From NCBI GenBank assembly GCA_019750465.1, contig JAIEOP010000050.1, forward strand, positions 2,529 to 66,528: DNA of 64,000 nt, written 5' to 3'. The stretch is from Acetobacteraceae bacterium (lineage in GTDB: Bacteria > Pseudomonadota > Alphaproteobacteria > Acetobacterales > Acetobacteraceae). Positions 1 through 9,110 of this stretch are shown in pieces. The notes under the pieces are model-generated. The model was not told the DNA's origin. It searched no databases and saw only the letters and a list, made by a program, of their open reading frames with translations. Both the position numbers and the translations under genes were made by a program. The stretch's first letter is position 1. Each line of letters starts with the position of its first letter.

Positions 1-46
1 CGGACCACGAGGTGCTGCGGCCGATTGACCAACAAAGCCGATAAAT

Positions 47-82
47 GCCGGCCAGGATTGTGCCGGCACATTCTTGGCCGGC
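47..82. other. 36-nt near-perfect palindrome GCCGGCCAGGATTGTGCC|GGCACATTCTTGGCCGGC
   Basis: Read directly: 16 of 18 arm positions are complementary. One of the two mismatches would be a G-U pair in RNA. It lies just after a possible stop codon (frame 3, TAA at 42-44) of a gene entering from the left. Function is unknown (terminator-like hairpin or protein-binding site). Confidence 0.6.
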
Positions 83-271
83 AGGAAAACCAGGGGTTTC
101 CGAGGATTATCGCGGAGCGCTGAGCCGCCGGGATTCTCAGTGCGATAATTTAATGACCTGCATTCTGCAGCGGCGCTGGACTCAACCCGGAGTTGGAACA
201 TAAAAGGAACAGGTGCCTTAACCGTTCACGTCATCAACCGAGGCTTGCCGCGATGCCGGTGTCCCTGACCT

Positions 272-649
272 ATGCCCACCACCCGCAGACTGGCGTCCCG
301 GATCGGCTCACGGCCGAGGCCGTCTGGGCTGGCCGGCCCGAACGGTCGGGAGAAGTCACGCGGTGCTCCGCCGAAATTCGATTGGGAAGGCTGCTGGTGC
401 GAGATCGCGAAGACCATCTACGACCCGGGCCCACCGGCGACGCAGGCTGAATGGCTGCGGATGATCCAGGACTGGTTTGCCGATCAGCTGGGACCCGACA
501 ATGTGCCCTGCGACAGCTCGATCAAGGCGCGTCTGAGCCGGATTTGGCCGACCGTGAAGCCGAATGTCGGACGACCGTCGGCACTGACGGCCGTGCATGG
601 TGCGGCGCCGAGCCGGCCGGCTGAGAAGGTGCGGGTGGCCAGGCGGTAG
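272..649 (+). CDS. hypothetical protein (125-aa ORF, true start uncertain)
   Basis: ORF track 272..649. The C-terminal two-thirds ('KFDWEGCWCEIAKTIYDPGPPATQAEWLRMIQDWFADQLG') has protein-like composition. I recognise no motif. Confidence 0.4.
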   Translation: MPTTRRLASRIGSRPRPSGLAGPNGREKSRGAPPKFDWEGCWCEIAKTIYDPGPPATQAEWLRMIQDWFADQLGPDNVPCDSSIKARLSRIWPTVKPNVGRPSALTAVHGAAPSRPAEKVRVARR

Positions 650-681
650 AGAATAGGCAGGACAATGCGTGCTGGATCCCG

Positions 682-894
682 ATGCCCCTGCCGAACCCGA
701 TCAATGGCCACCTCCCGCCGCACCTGCGTGAGGTGTGCACCATCCTTGCCGCGGGGTTGGTGCGGCTGCGCAGCCGCGCTGCCGAGGATCATGCGCGGGA
801 TGCCGAGATAGCTCGGGGGGCGGGAGACAGTCGCCTTCACTCCACTGGCAGGCAGCGCCTGCATGCGAACCCCAACAGGAAGGGACTCGCATGA
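682..894 (+). CDS. small conserved ORF (70 aa) leading the recombinase module
   Basis: Its stop overlaps the DUF2924 start (ATGA at 891-894). A homologous ORF sits in the same position in the second module (62793..63050). The two copies differ by many third-position changes that are silent in this frame (P, L, R, V, L, A, G codons). Confidence 0.45.
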   Translation: MPLPNPINGHLPPHLREVCTILAAGLVRLRSRAAEDHARDAEIARGAGDSRLHSTGRQRLHANPNRKGLA

Positions 895-1388
895 CCAGAC
901 GATCCACCGCCGCGCCCACGCCGGCGCCCACCATCCGGAGGATCCCGCCGACGCAGGTGCTGAGTCGCCTCGCCGCACTGCAGGCGGCGCCGACTACCAC
1001 GCTGAAGGACCAGTGGCGGGAGCTTTTCGGCAAGGAGCCGCCGCCCTGGAACCGGGCCTACATCCAGAGCCGGCTGGCCTATCGCATCCAGGAGCTCGCG
1101 TATGGCGGGCTGAAGCCCGAAACCGTCGACCGGCTCGTGGCGCTGGGCGAGCAATTGGATGGCGGCAACGTCGTCCTGCGCCGTATTCGCGCCGACAGCC
1201 GCCCTCTGGCCGGCACGCGCCTGATCCGCGAATGGCAGGGCGTGCAGCACGTGGTCACCGTGCGCGTCAACGACTTCGAATTCGAGGGGCGGCCCTATCA
1301 GTCGCTGTCCGCCATCGCTCGCCACATCACCGGCACGCGGTGGAACGGCTGGACGTTCTTCGGGCTGCGCGCGCGAGGTGACGCATGA
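891..1388 (+). CDS. DUF2924-family protein (recombinase accessory candidate)
   Basis: ATG at residue 53 of ORF 735..1388. The sequence 'WRELFGKEPPPWNRAYIQSRLAYRIQELAYGGL...GRPYQSLSAIARHITGTRWNGWTFFGL' is typical of DUF2924 proteins found upstream of serine recombinases. Its stop overlaps the recombinase start (ATGA). Confidence 0.85.
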   Translation: MTRRSTAAPTPAPTIRRIPPTQVLSRLAALQAAPTTTLKDQWRELFGKEPPPWNRAYIQSRLAYRIQELAYGGLKPETVDRLVALGEQLDGGNVVLRRIRADSRPLAGTRLIREWQGVQHVVTVRVNDFEFEGRPYQSLSAIARHITGTRWNGWTFFGLRARGDA

Positions 1389-2737
1389 CCCGGCGCGCAC
1401 GCATCGAGCCGGCCATGCCGGCCACCACGAAGAAGTTGCGCTGCGCCGTCTACACCCGGAAGTCCACGGACGAGGGCCTCGAGAAGGAATTCAACACCCT
1501 CGACGCACAGCGCGACGCCTGCGAAGCGTACATCACCAGCCAGCGTGCCGAAGGGTGGATGCTGGTGCGCGACCGCTACGACGATGGCGGGTTCTCCGGC
1601 GGCACGCTGGAGCGGCCGGCGTTGCAACGCCTGCTGCGTGACATCCAGGCCGACCTGGTCGACGTGATCGTGGTCTACAAGATCGATCGGCTCAGCCGCT
1701 CGCTGATGGACTTCGCCAAGCTGGTGGAGGTGATGGACGCGCACGGCGTGACGTTCGTGTCCGTGACGCAGAGCTTCAACACGACCACCAGCATGGGTCG
1801 GCTGACGCTGAACATCCTGCTCAGCTTCGCGCAGTTCGAGCGCGAGGTCATTGGGGAGCGAATCCGGGACAAATTCGCAGCCTCCCGGGCGCGGGGGATG
1901 TGGATGGGGGGCAAAGTGCCGCTCGGCTACGACGTCGTGGCCAGGAAGCTGGTGGTGAATGAGGACGAAGCACCGCGGGTGCGCCGCGTCTTCGAGATCT
2001 TCGCCGAGACTGGGTCGGGCATCGAGACGGTGGCCCGTCTCCGGGCGGAGGGCCTCACCAGCAAGGCGGGCCGGCCGCTGGATAAAGGCGATGTCTACAA
2101 GCTACTGAACAACCGCACCTATGTCGGCGAGGCCGCGCACAAAGGGCAGGTCTATCCTGGCGAGCACCAGGGCATCGTGCCGTGGGAACTGTGGGATCGG
2201 GCGCATGCCGTGCTGCAGATCAGCCCTCGGGTCCGCGCCAACCAGAATCGGGCGCAGACGCCGGCGCTGCTGAAGGGGCTGATCTTTGGGGTGGACGGCC
2301 GGGCGCTGTCGCCGACCCACGCCAGGAAGAATGGCCGCCTCTACCGATACTACGTGGCGCAGCGCGTGCTGAAGGGCGACGCCGCGGGGGACGCCAGCAT
2401 CGTGCGCCGGGTGTCGGCGGCGGAGATCGAGGCTGCGGTGGTGGATCAGGTGCGGGCGCTGCTGCGGCAGCCAGAGATCGTGGTCGGCACCTGGCGTGCG
2501 GCGCGCGTGGAGGCGCCGGACCTGACCGAGGCCGAGACCCACGACGCGCTGTATCGGCTCGACCCACTGTGGGAGCAGTTGTTCCCGGCGGAGCAGGCGC
2601 GGATTGTCCGGTCCCTGGTAGAGCGGGTGGTAGTAGGGCCTGCCGGCGCCGACATTCGGCTGCGGCTGGATGGGCTCGGCGGCCTCGTCCGCGATCTCAC
2701 CGCCATCGCGCCGTCTGCCCTGAGGGCCGCGGCATGA
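1385..2737 (+). CDS. large serine recombinase (resolvase-type catalytic domain plus recombinase domain)
   Basis: 450 aa. The N-terminus 'LRCAVYTRKSTDEGLEKEFNTLDAQRDACEAYI' carries the catalytic-serine context. 'VIVVYKIDRLSRSLMDFAKLVE' and 'GRLTLNILLSFAQFEREVIGERIRDK' are canonical resolvase-domain motifs. The alternative start 'MPATTKK' is at 1415. Confidence 0.9.
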   Translation: MTRRARIEPAMPATTKKLRCAVYTRKSTDEGLEKEFNTLDAQRDACEAYITSQRAEGWMLVRDRYDDGGFSGGTLERPALQRLLRDIQADLVDVIVVYKIDRLSRSLMDFAKLVEVMDAHGVTFVSVTQSFNTTTSMGRLTLNILLSFAQFEREVIGERIRDKFAASRARGMWMGGKVPLGYDVVARKLVVNEDEAPRVRRVFEIFAETGSGIETVARLRAEGLTSKAGRPLDKGDVYKLLNNRTYVGEAAHKGQVYPGEHQGIVPWELWDRAHAVLQISPRVRANQNRAQTPALLKGLIFGVDGRALSPTHARKNGRLYRYYVAQRVLKGDAAGDASIVRRVSAAEIEAAVVDQVRALLRQPEIVVGTWRAARVEAPDLTEAETHDALYRLDPLWEQLFPAEQARIVRSLVERVVVGPAGADIRLRLDGLGGLVRDLTAIAPSALRAAA

Positions 2738-3129
2738 CGACCGCCACCAGCATCACGGTCCGGGTGCCGTTGGCGATCCGGCACCGGCCAGGCAGGAAGA
2801 CTGTCGTGACACCGGTGGCCGATGGCGTGGCGCCGGTCACAACGCGGGCCGACCCCACGCTGGTCAAGGCGCTGGCTAGGGGGTTCCGCTACCAGCGGAT
2901 GCTGGACGAGGGGCGCTACGCCTCGATCACCGAGATGGCTGCGGCGGAGCGAATCGAGCGCGGGTACCTGGGCAGCCTGCTGCGCCTGACCCTCCTGGCG
3001 CCCGACCTCGTAACCAACGCCCTCGACGGTCGGCACAGTCGGTCGGTCACCCTGGCCGCCTTGCTGGAGCCATTCCCCCTATGCTGGCGCAGCCAGGGCG
3101 AATTGTTCGGTAGCGACGGGTCGGGATAG
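2734..3129 (+). CDS. recombinase-associated small protein (131 aa)
   Basis: ATG at 2734 overlaps the recombinase stop (ATGA). I recognise 'ALARGFRYQRMLDEGRYASITEMAAAERIERGYLGSLLRLTLLAPDLVTNALDGR' as a conserved partner often encoded next to this type of recombinase. It looks HTH-like. Confidence 0.65.
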   Translation: MTTATSITVRVPLAIRHRPGRKTVVTPVADGVAPVTTRADPTLVKALARGFRYQRMLDEGRYASITEMAAAERIERGYLGSLLRLTLLAPDLVTNALDGRHSRSVTLAALLEPFPLCWRSQGELFGSDGSG

Positions 3130-3154
3130 TAACGTCCCCGGCCAGATTGCCATT

Positions 3155-6100
3155 ATGCGAAGGCAAAGTCCGTGGCATCTTGGGAGCGTGACAGGCCCCG
3201 TAATCGACAACCCGATTCTCAACAGCCCCTTTGCCGAGCCCTCCCGCCATTGGGAGCTCGACGAGAGCGGCATCCCCACCGGCACCCCGGCCCCCGGCCG
3301 GCGGCGCAGCGAATTCATCGTCCCCGTCCCCCCGCCGAAGCACAAGGTGAAGGCCCAGGCCACCCTCGACCTGGAGGATGAGTACGGGAAGCGCCAGCCG
3401 AACGACTACATCAATGAAATCAGGACGAAAGTTGCCCAATGGCGGTCCCTTGGCGAACAGGGCCTGCGGCCCGTCACGCCCGTCACGGCCCGCCTGCTAC
3501 GCCACTGGCGGGAACAGGGCCGGGCCCGCCCGCTCTTCTTCTGCCAGGTTGAGGCGGTGGAGACCGCCATCTGGCTGACCGAAGTCGCCCCCCGCGCCGA
3601 GACGGAGCGCCTGCGGACCCTCAATTCGGAGGCCAACCCGGACCTCCTGCGCATCGCCTTCAAGCTGGCGACCGGCGCCGGCAAGACCACCGTTATGGGG
3701 ATGCTGATCGCCTGGCAGACCCTCAACGCCGCCCGAACGCGCAACTCGACCCGCTTCACCGACGCCTTCCTGATCGTGGCCCCCGGCCTGACGGTGAGGG
3801 ACCGCCTGCGCGTGCTCCACCCGTCCGACCCGTCCAACATCTACGCCGCCCTCGACATCGTGCCGCGGGAGCTGCGCGACGATCTCCAGCGCGCCCGGAT
3901 CGTCATCACCAACTTCCATGCCTTCAAGAAGCGCGAAACGCTCGAGGCGCCGAAGCTGGCGAAGGAGATCCTGGCTGGCCGCACCGGGAAGGTGGAGCGC
4001 CCCGAAACCGACGGCCAGATGGCGCAGCGCATCTGCAAGGACCTGCTCGGCCGCAAGCGCATCATCGTCATCAATGACGAAGCCCACCACTGCTATCGCC
4101 AGAAGGTCGGCGCAGCGGATGACGCGAGCGCGAAGCTCGACGCTGAAGGCAAGGCGGAGGCCAAGAAGAACAACGCCGCCGCTCGCCTCTGGATCAGCGG
4201 CATCGAGGCTCTGCAACGCGTCGTCGGCCAGCCTGTCCTGGTCTACGACCTCTCCGCCACGCCCTTCTTCCTGCGCGGCTCGGGCTACCCCGAGGGCACG
4301 CTCTTCCCCTGGGTCGTCTCCGATTTCTCCCTGATCGACGCCATCGAATGCGGCATCGTGAAGGTGCCGCGCGTCCCGGTGCAGGACCTGCCAGGCGCCG
4401 ACGAACCGGTCTACCGCCACGTCTATCGCTACATCCAGGAACATTCGGATGTGAAGCTGCCCAAGGTTGGCCGGGCCAAGCAGGGCAAGCCGCTCACGCC
4501 CGACCAGCTTCCCTCCCAGCTCACCGGCGCGCTCCAGGCGCTCTACGGCCACTACCGCCAGGTGTTCGAGAACTGGGCCAGCCGCGGCGGCAGCACGCCG
4601 CCCGTCTTTATCGTGGTCTGCAACAACACCGCCACCTCCAAGCTCGTGCATGACTGGATCGCCGGCTACGAGCGCATCGAGACTGACGCCGAGGGCGCGG
4701 AGCGCCGCGTCATCGTGCCCGGCAACCTGCCGCTCCTCTCCAACGTCACCCAGGCCGGCATCGGCCAGAGCAGTATGGTCGAGCGCCCCGTCACCATCCT
4801 GATCGACAGCGAGGAACTCGAATCCGGCGAGGCCCTGTCGGACAACTTCCGCAAGCTGGCTGGACCCGAGATCGACGCCTTCAAGCGCGAACTCCGCGCC
4901 CGCGGCCGCCATGCGGAGGCCGAGACCGTCACCGACAGCGACCTGCTGCGTGAGGTGATGAACACCGTCGGCCAGCCCGGCCGGCTGGGCGAGCCGATCC
5001 GATGTGTGGTCTCCGTCTCCATGCTGACCGAGGGGTGGGATGCGCGCACGGTCACCCATGTGCTGGGTGTGCGCGCCTTCGGCACGCAATTGCTGTGCGA
5101 GCAGGTGATCGGCCGTGCGCTGCGCCGCGTCTCCTACGACCCGGTCGGCGTGGATGACGCTGGCAACGCCATGTTCGCGCCGGAGTATGCCGAGGTGCTG
5201 GGCATCCCCTTCAGCTTCGTGCCGGCCAATTCCAAGGCCGACTACACCCCGCCGAAGAAGACCACCCAGATTCATGCTGTGCTGCCGGAGCGTGCGGCGC
5301 TGGAAATCCGCTTCCCCCGCGTCATCGGCTATCGCACCGTGCTCCCGCCCGGTCGCATCACCGCTACCTTCACCAATGAAAGCCGCCTTGAGATCGATCC
5401 GACGGATGCGCCGCCCGAAGCCGTCAGCGCTGCCATCATCGGCGCCGAGCACACGCTAACGCTGAACGACCTCCGCCACCAGCGCGACACCACCATCGCC
5501 TTTCACCTGGCGGGCCACACGCTGCGCACCTGGTTCCGCGACAGCGAGGACCACCTGAAGCCATGGCTGTTCCCGCCGCTGCTCACCATCACGCGGCGCT
5601 GGATGGCGCAATGCCTGACCTGCCTGGGTGGCACCTTCCCGGCCTACCTGCTGTGGCGCGACATCGGCGACAAGGCGGCGGAGCGCATCTTCCGCGCCTG
5701 CACGCCCGAGGTCGCTGGCCCCGGCACACTGCGGCCCATCCTGGACCCCTACAACGAGGCCGGCAGCAGCCGCCATATGAGCTTCGCCACCACCAAGACC
5801 AACTTCTGGACCCCCGACGCGCAGAAATGCCAGGTCAACCTGATCGTCTGCGACGAGAATTGGGAGGCCGCGGCGGCGCAGGCGCTGGACGGCATGCCGG
5901 AGGTGCTGCGCTACGTGAAGAACGACCGGCTGGGCTTCGAAGTGCCCTATGTCGACGGCAGCACCGAGCGGCACTACCGGCCCGACTTCATCGTGGTGGT
6001 GGAGGACGGACGCGGCCCGGATGATCCGTTGCACCTCGTGCTGGAGGTGAAGGGCCGCCAGACCGCACAGGACGACGCAAAGCACGACACCATGCGCAAA

Positions 6101-6232
6101 CTCTGGGTGCCGGCGGTGAACGCGCTGGGGCGCTTCGGCCGCTGGGATTTTTGCCGGGTGGATGGACCCTATGGCGTGGATGAGATCATCCGGCGGCGGC
6201 TGAACGCCGACGCTCTCTCACGCGCCGCCTGA
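3155..6232 (+). CDS. res: Type III restriction-modification Res-like subunit (SF2 DEAH helicase plus C-terminal PD-(D/E)xK nuclease)
   Basis: 1025 aa. Walker A 'LATGAGKTTVMGMLIA' and motif II 'VINDEAHHCY' are present. The C-terminal 'YRPDFIVVVEDG...LHLVLEVKGRQ' fits PD...(D/E)xK. The N-terminal 'VIDNPILNSPF' is typical of this family, so GTG at 3188 is an alternative start. Confidence 0.85.
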   Translation: MRRQSPWHLGSVTGPVIDNPILNSPFAEPSRHWELDESGIPTGTPAPGRRRSEFIVPVPPPKHKVKAQATLDLEDEYGKRQPNDYINEIRTKVAQWRSLGEQGLRPVTPVTARLLRHWREQGRARPLFFCQVEAVETAIWLTEVAPRAETERLRTLNSEANPDLLRIAFKLATGAGKTTVMGMLIAWQTLNAARTRNSTRFTDAFLIVAPGLTVRDRLRVLHPSDPSNIYAALDIVPRELRDDLQRARIVITNFHAFKKRETLEAPKLAKEILAGRTGKVERPETDGQMAQRICKDLLGRKRIIVINDEAHHCYRQKVGAADDASAKLDAEGKAEAKKNNAAARLWISGIEALQRVVGQPVLVYDLSATPFFLRGSGYPEGTLFPWVVSDFSLIDAIECGIVKVPRVPVQDLPGADEPVYRHVYRYIQEHSDVKLPKVGRAKQGKPLTPDQLPSQLTGALQALYGHYRQVFENWASRGGSTPPVFIVVCNNTATSKLVHDWIAGYERIETDAEGAERRVIVPGNLPLLSNVTQAGIGQSSMVERPVTILIDSEELESGEALSDNFRKLAGPEIDAFKRELRARGRHAEAETVTDSDLLREVMNTVGQPGRLGEPIRCVVSVSMLTEGWDARTVTHVLGVRAFGTQLLCEQVIGRALRRVSYDPVGVDDAGNAMFAPEYAEVLGIPFSFVPANSKADYTPPKKTTQIHAVLPERAALEIRFPRVIGYRTVLPPGRITATFTNESRLEIDPTDAPPEAVSAAIIGAEHTLTLNDLRHQRDTTIAFHLAGHTLRTWFRDSEDHLKPWLFPPLLTITRRWMAQCLTCLGGTFPAYLLWRDIGDKAAERIFRACTPEVAGPGTLRPILDPYNEAGSSRHMSFATTKTNFWTPDAQKCQVNLIVCDENWEAAAAQALDGMPEVLRYVKNDRLGFEVPYVDGSTERHYRPDFIVVVEDGRGPDDPLHLVLEVKGRQTAQDDAKHDTMRKLWVPAVNALGRFGRWDFCRVDGPYGVDEIIRRRLNADALSRAA

Positions 6233-6251
6233 ATCCGGAAGACAGCGCAGC

Positions 6252-9110
6252 ATGGCCCGCCCGAAGAAGCTCAAGCCCGACGCACCCGCCACCGAGGTGG
6301 AGACGCTCGTCCACCCCGCCGATATCGCGCGCAAGAACATCCCAACCGCGGAGACCGCGGCGCTGATGGCGGAGGAGGAAGCGCGGGCTGAACCCAAACT
6401 CTATCCCCGCAACCCGGACCTGGACCCGCAACTGGTCTGGCGTGGGAAGGACGAGCAGGACAGCGCGCCGCTGGGGGTCGAGACGGTCCCCATCTACATC
6501 CAGGAGAAGCTGTATCCGGAGGCGCTGATCCGCGATCTGCAACGCGTGTCGGCGAAGGAAGCGGCACCGCAGGCCGATCTGTTCGGCAGCTTCGACCGCA
6601 TCACGGATGAGGCGGCGCGGCTCGAGTTCTACCAGCACGCCGAGAACTGGTCGAACCGGATGATCCTGGGCGACTCCCTGCTGGTGATGAACAGCCTGGC
6701 GGAGAAGGAAGGCCTTCGAGGCCAGGTGCAGATGATTTTCCTCGATCCACCCTACGGAATCAAATTCAGCAGTAACTGGCAGCCGAGCACGCGCACGCGC
6801 GATGTGAAGGAGGGCAAGGCCGAAGGGCTGTCGCGCGAGCCAGAGCAGATCAAGGCCTTCCGGGACACCTGGAAGGATGGCATCCACAGCTATCTGGCAT
6901 ATCTCCGAGATCGGCTGGCTGTAGCGCGGGAGCTATTGGCCGAAAGCGGTAGCATCTTCGTTCAGATCGGCGACGAGAATGTCCATGTTGTGCGTAGCCT
7001 TCTCGACGAAGTTTTCGGGCCAGCCAACTTCATCGGACAGATCGCTTATCAAAAGACCACCGGTGCGACCTCTGATTTTCTCGGCGGCACGCTCGACTAC
7101 CTGCTGTGGTTTGGAAAGAACCGTCAGCAAGCGAAATTTCGCGCCATGTACAATCTGAAAACAGCCGGCGAAGAGGGTGCGACCAAGTATCGCAAGTTGA
7201 TCCATCTCGATGGAGCGCGGAGACCTGCCGCAGAGGGCGAAGTCTCGGGTGCGACGGCGCTCCCAGATGGCTGGAAGTTGTACACCGACGACAACCTCAC
7301 CAGCCAAAGCGCCGGCCGCGAAAAAGGAGAAGGCGCAGCGTCCTGGTTTGAAGTAAAACATGACGGCCGAAGCTTTCTTCCGACGATGCAATCCCGTTGG
7401 AAAACCAACGAAGCTGGGATGGGCCGTCTCCAGGCCGCTGGGAGGCTTGAGCCTGCGCGGAACATACTGCGCTACGTGCGGAAGCTGGATGATTTTGCCG
7501 CAGTCGAGATCAACGATCTCTGGCGGGATATCGGCGGCATCCAAAGCCGAAGCGATCCGAAGGTGTACGTGGTCCAGACGTCCACTACGGCAATTGAGCG
7601 CTGCATGCTCATGACCACCGATCCTGGTGACCTCGTCTTCGATCCGACCTGCGGTTCCGGCACCACCGCCTTCGTCGCCGAGCAATGGGGCCGCCGCTGG
7701 ATCACCACCGACACCTCCCGCGTCGCCCTGGCGCTGGCACGCACGCGCCTCATGGCCGGGCGCTTCCCCGCCTACCTGCTGCGCGACAGCCGTGAGGGCG
7801 CAGCGAAGGAGGGCGAGATCACAGGCCGTCCACCCGAGGAAGGCCCCTTCCGCCACGACATCCGCCAGGGCCTCGTGCTGGAGCGTGTGCCGCACGTCAC
7901 GCTGAAATCCATCGCCAACAACGCTGAGATCGATGTCATCGACGCCAATTGGGCGCCGAAGATCGAAGCCGCGCTCGCTACCCTCAACGCCGCTCTCGGG
8001 ACAAAGCATGCGGAGTGGCAGGTTCCCCGCAACCTGCCCGGAGACGCGAAACCGGTGGTGCAGGAGGCGCATGCGGCATTCTGGGCCACCCGCCGCGCTC
8101 GGCAGGCGGAGATGGACGCCTCCATCGCCCGGAACGCCGATACGGAATTCCTGCATGACCGGCCCTACACGAAGAAGAACGCGGTCCGCGTCACCGGCCC
8201 CTTCACGGTGGAGAGCCTCTCGCCCCACCGCGTCCTGCCCGCGGATGAGGAAGACCAGGCCGTGATGGAGGCGCTGGCCCAGGAAGCGGGCGAGCCCGTG
8301 CCCGAGCGCCGCCCGCTCCGCACCCGGCCGGACGCTGGCGATGACTTCGTGACCGCCGTGCTGGACAACCTGCAGAAGGCCGGCGTGCAGAACATGAAGA
8401 AGGATGAGCGCCTGACCTTCGCCACGCTGCGCCCCTGGCCTGGCGGCAGCCGCGTCTCGGCCGAGGGCGAGTACGAAGAAGCCGGCGTGAAGAAGCGTGC
8501 CGCCATCGTCATCGGTCCCGAATACGGCACGGTCGGCCCCGACCTGGTGCGCGAGGCCGCGCGCGAATGCCGCGACTGGGCTGACAGCATGGTGGTCTGC
8601 GGCTTCGCCTTCGACCCGCAGGTGGGCGACAGCACGATGAACCTCGGCCGCCTGGTGGTGCTGAAGGCGCGCATGAGCCAGGAGCTGCGCGCCGCCGAAG
8701 CCTACAAGGCCGGCGGGGGCAACCTGTTCGTGGTGTTTGGCGAGCCGGATATCGCGCTCGACCAGGCCGACGGTGAATGCGTCGTGCGCCTGAAGGGCGT
8801 GGACATCTTCGACCCCACCACGGGTGAGGTCCGTTCCTCCGGCCGCGTCGAGGATGATGTTGCCTGCTGGTTTGTCGACACCGACTATGACGGCGACAGC
8901 TTTTTCGTCCGCCATGCCTACTTCCTCGGCGGCAAGGACCCCTTCGAGAAGCTCAAGACCGCGCTGAAGGCCGAAGTGGACGAGGACGCCTGGGCGAGCC
9001 TCTACCGCACCGAAAGCCGCCCCTTCGCGAAGCCGAAATCAGGCCGGATCGCCGTGAAGGTGATCAACCACTATGGGGACGAGGCGATGCGGGTGTTTCG
9101 CGTGCCGTGA
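6252..9110 (+). CDS. mod: beta-class N6-adenine/N4-cytosine DNA methyltransferase, Type III Mod-like, 952 aa
   Basis: The catalytic motif IV 'IFLDPPYGIKF' precedes the AdoMet motif I 'VFDPTCGSGTTAFVAEQ' (beta-class order). About 450 aa lie C-terminal to motif I, a tail much longer than in textbook Mod subunits. It sits 19 nt downstream of res. Confidence 0.85.
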   Translation: MARPKKLKPDAPATEVETLVHPADIARKNIPTAETAALMAEEEARAEPKLYPRNPDLDPQLVWRGKDEQDSAPLGVETVPIYIQEKLYPEALIRDLQRVSAKEAAPQADLFGSFDRITDEAARLEFYQHAENWSNRMILGDSLLVMNSLAEKEGLRGQVQMIFLDPPYGIKFSSNWQPSTRTRDVKEGKAEGLSREPEQIKAFRDTWKDGIHSYLAYLRDRLAVARELLAESGSIFVQIGDENVHVVRSLLDEVFGPANFIGQIAYQKTTGATSDFLGGTLDYLLWFGKNRQQAKFRAMYNLKTAGEEGATKYRKLIHLDGARRPAAEGEVSGATALPDGWKLYTDDNLTSQSAGREKGEGAASWFEVKHDGRSFLPTMQSRWKTNEAGMGRLQAAGRLEPARNILRYVRKLDDFAAVEINDLWRDIGGIQSRSDPKVYVVQTSTTAIERCMLMTTDPGDLVFDPTCGSGTTAFVAEQWGRRWITTDTSRVALALARTRLMAGRFPAYLLRDSREGAAKEGEITGRPPEEGPFRHDIRQGLVLERVPHVTLKSIANNAEIDVIDANWAPKIEAALATLNAALGTKHAEWQVPRNLPGDAKPVVQEAHAAFWATRRARQAEMDASIARNADTEFLHDRPYTKKNAVRVTGPFTVESLSPHRVLPADEEDQAVMEALAQEAGEPVPERRPLRTRPDAGDDFVTAVLDNLQKAGVQNMKKDERLTFATLRPWPGGSRVSAEGEYEEAGVKKRAAIVIGPEYGTVGPDLVREAARECRDWADSMVVCGFAFDPQVGDSTMNLGRLVVLKARMSQELRAAEAYKAGGGNLFVVFGEPDIALDQADGECVVRLKGVDIFDPTTGEVRSSGRVEDDVACWFVDTDYDGDSFFVRHAYFLGGKDPFEKLKTALKAEVDEDAWASLYRTESRPFAKPKSGRIAVKVINHYGDEAMRVFRVP

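Noticed and set aside
700-1844. The idea that the two recombinase modules are an assembly duplication or identical IS-like terminal repeats.
   Set aside because: The copies differ at roughly one nucleotide in ten. There is an indel near 690-705 versus 62855-62866, and a consistent pattern of silent substitutions, so they are genuinely distinct paralogues.
3497-5452. 651-aa ORF on the minus strand, antisense to res. Similar antisense ORFs are 6933..8915 (660 aa) opposite mod and 14805..17498 (897 aa) opposite the ABC fusion.
   Set aside because: These are typical GC-rich shadow ORFs. They are extremely rich in Arg, Ala, Gly and Pro ('GGLAGAGRQLEGDAQEVRVGLR...') and have no motifs. They lie exactly antisense to genes with clear catalytic motifs.
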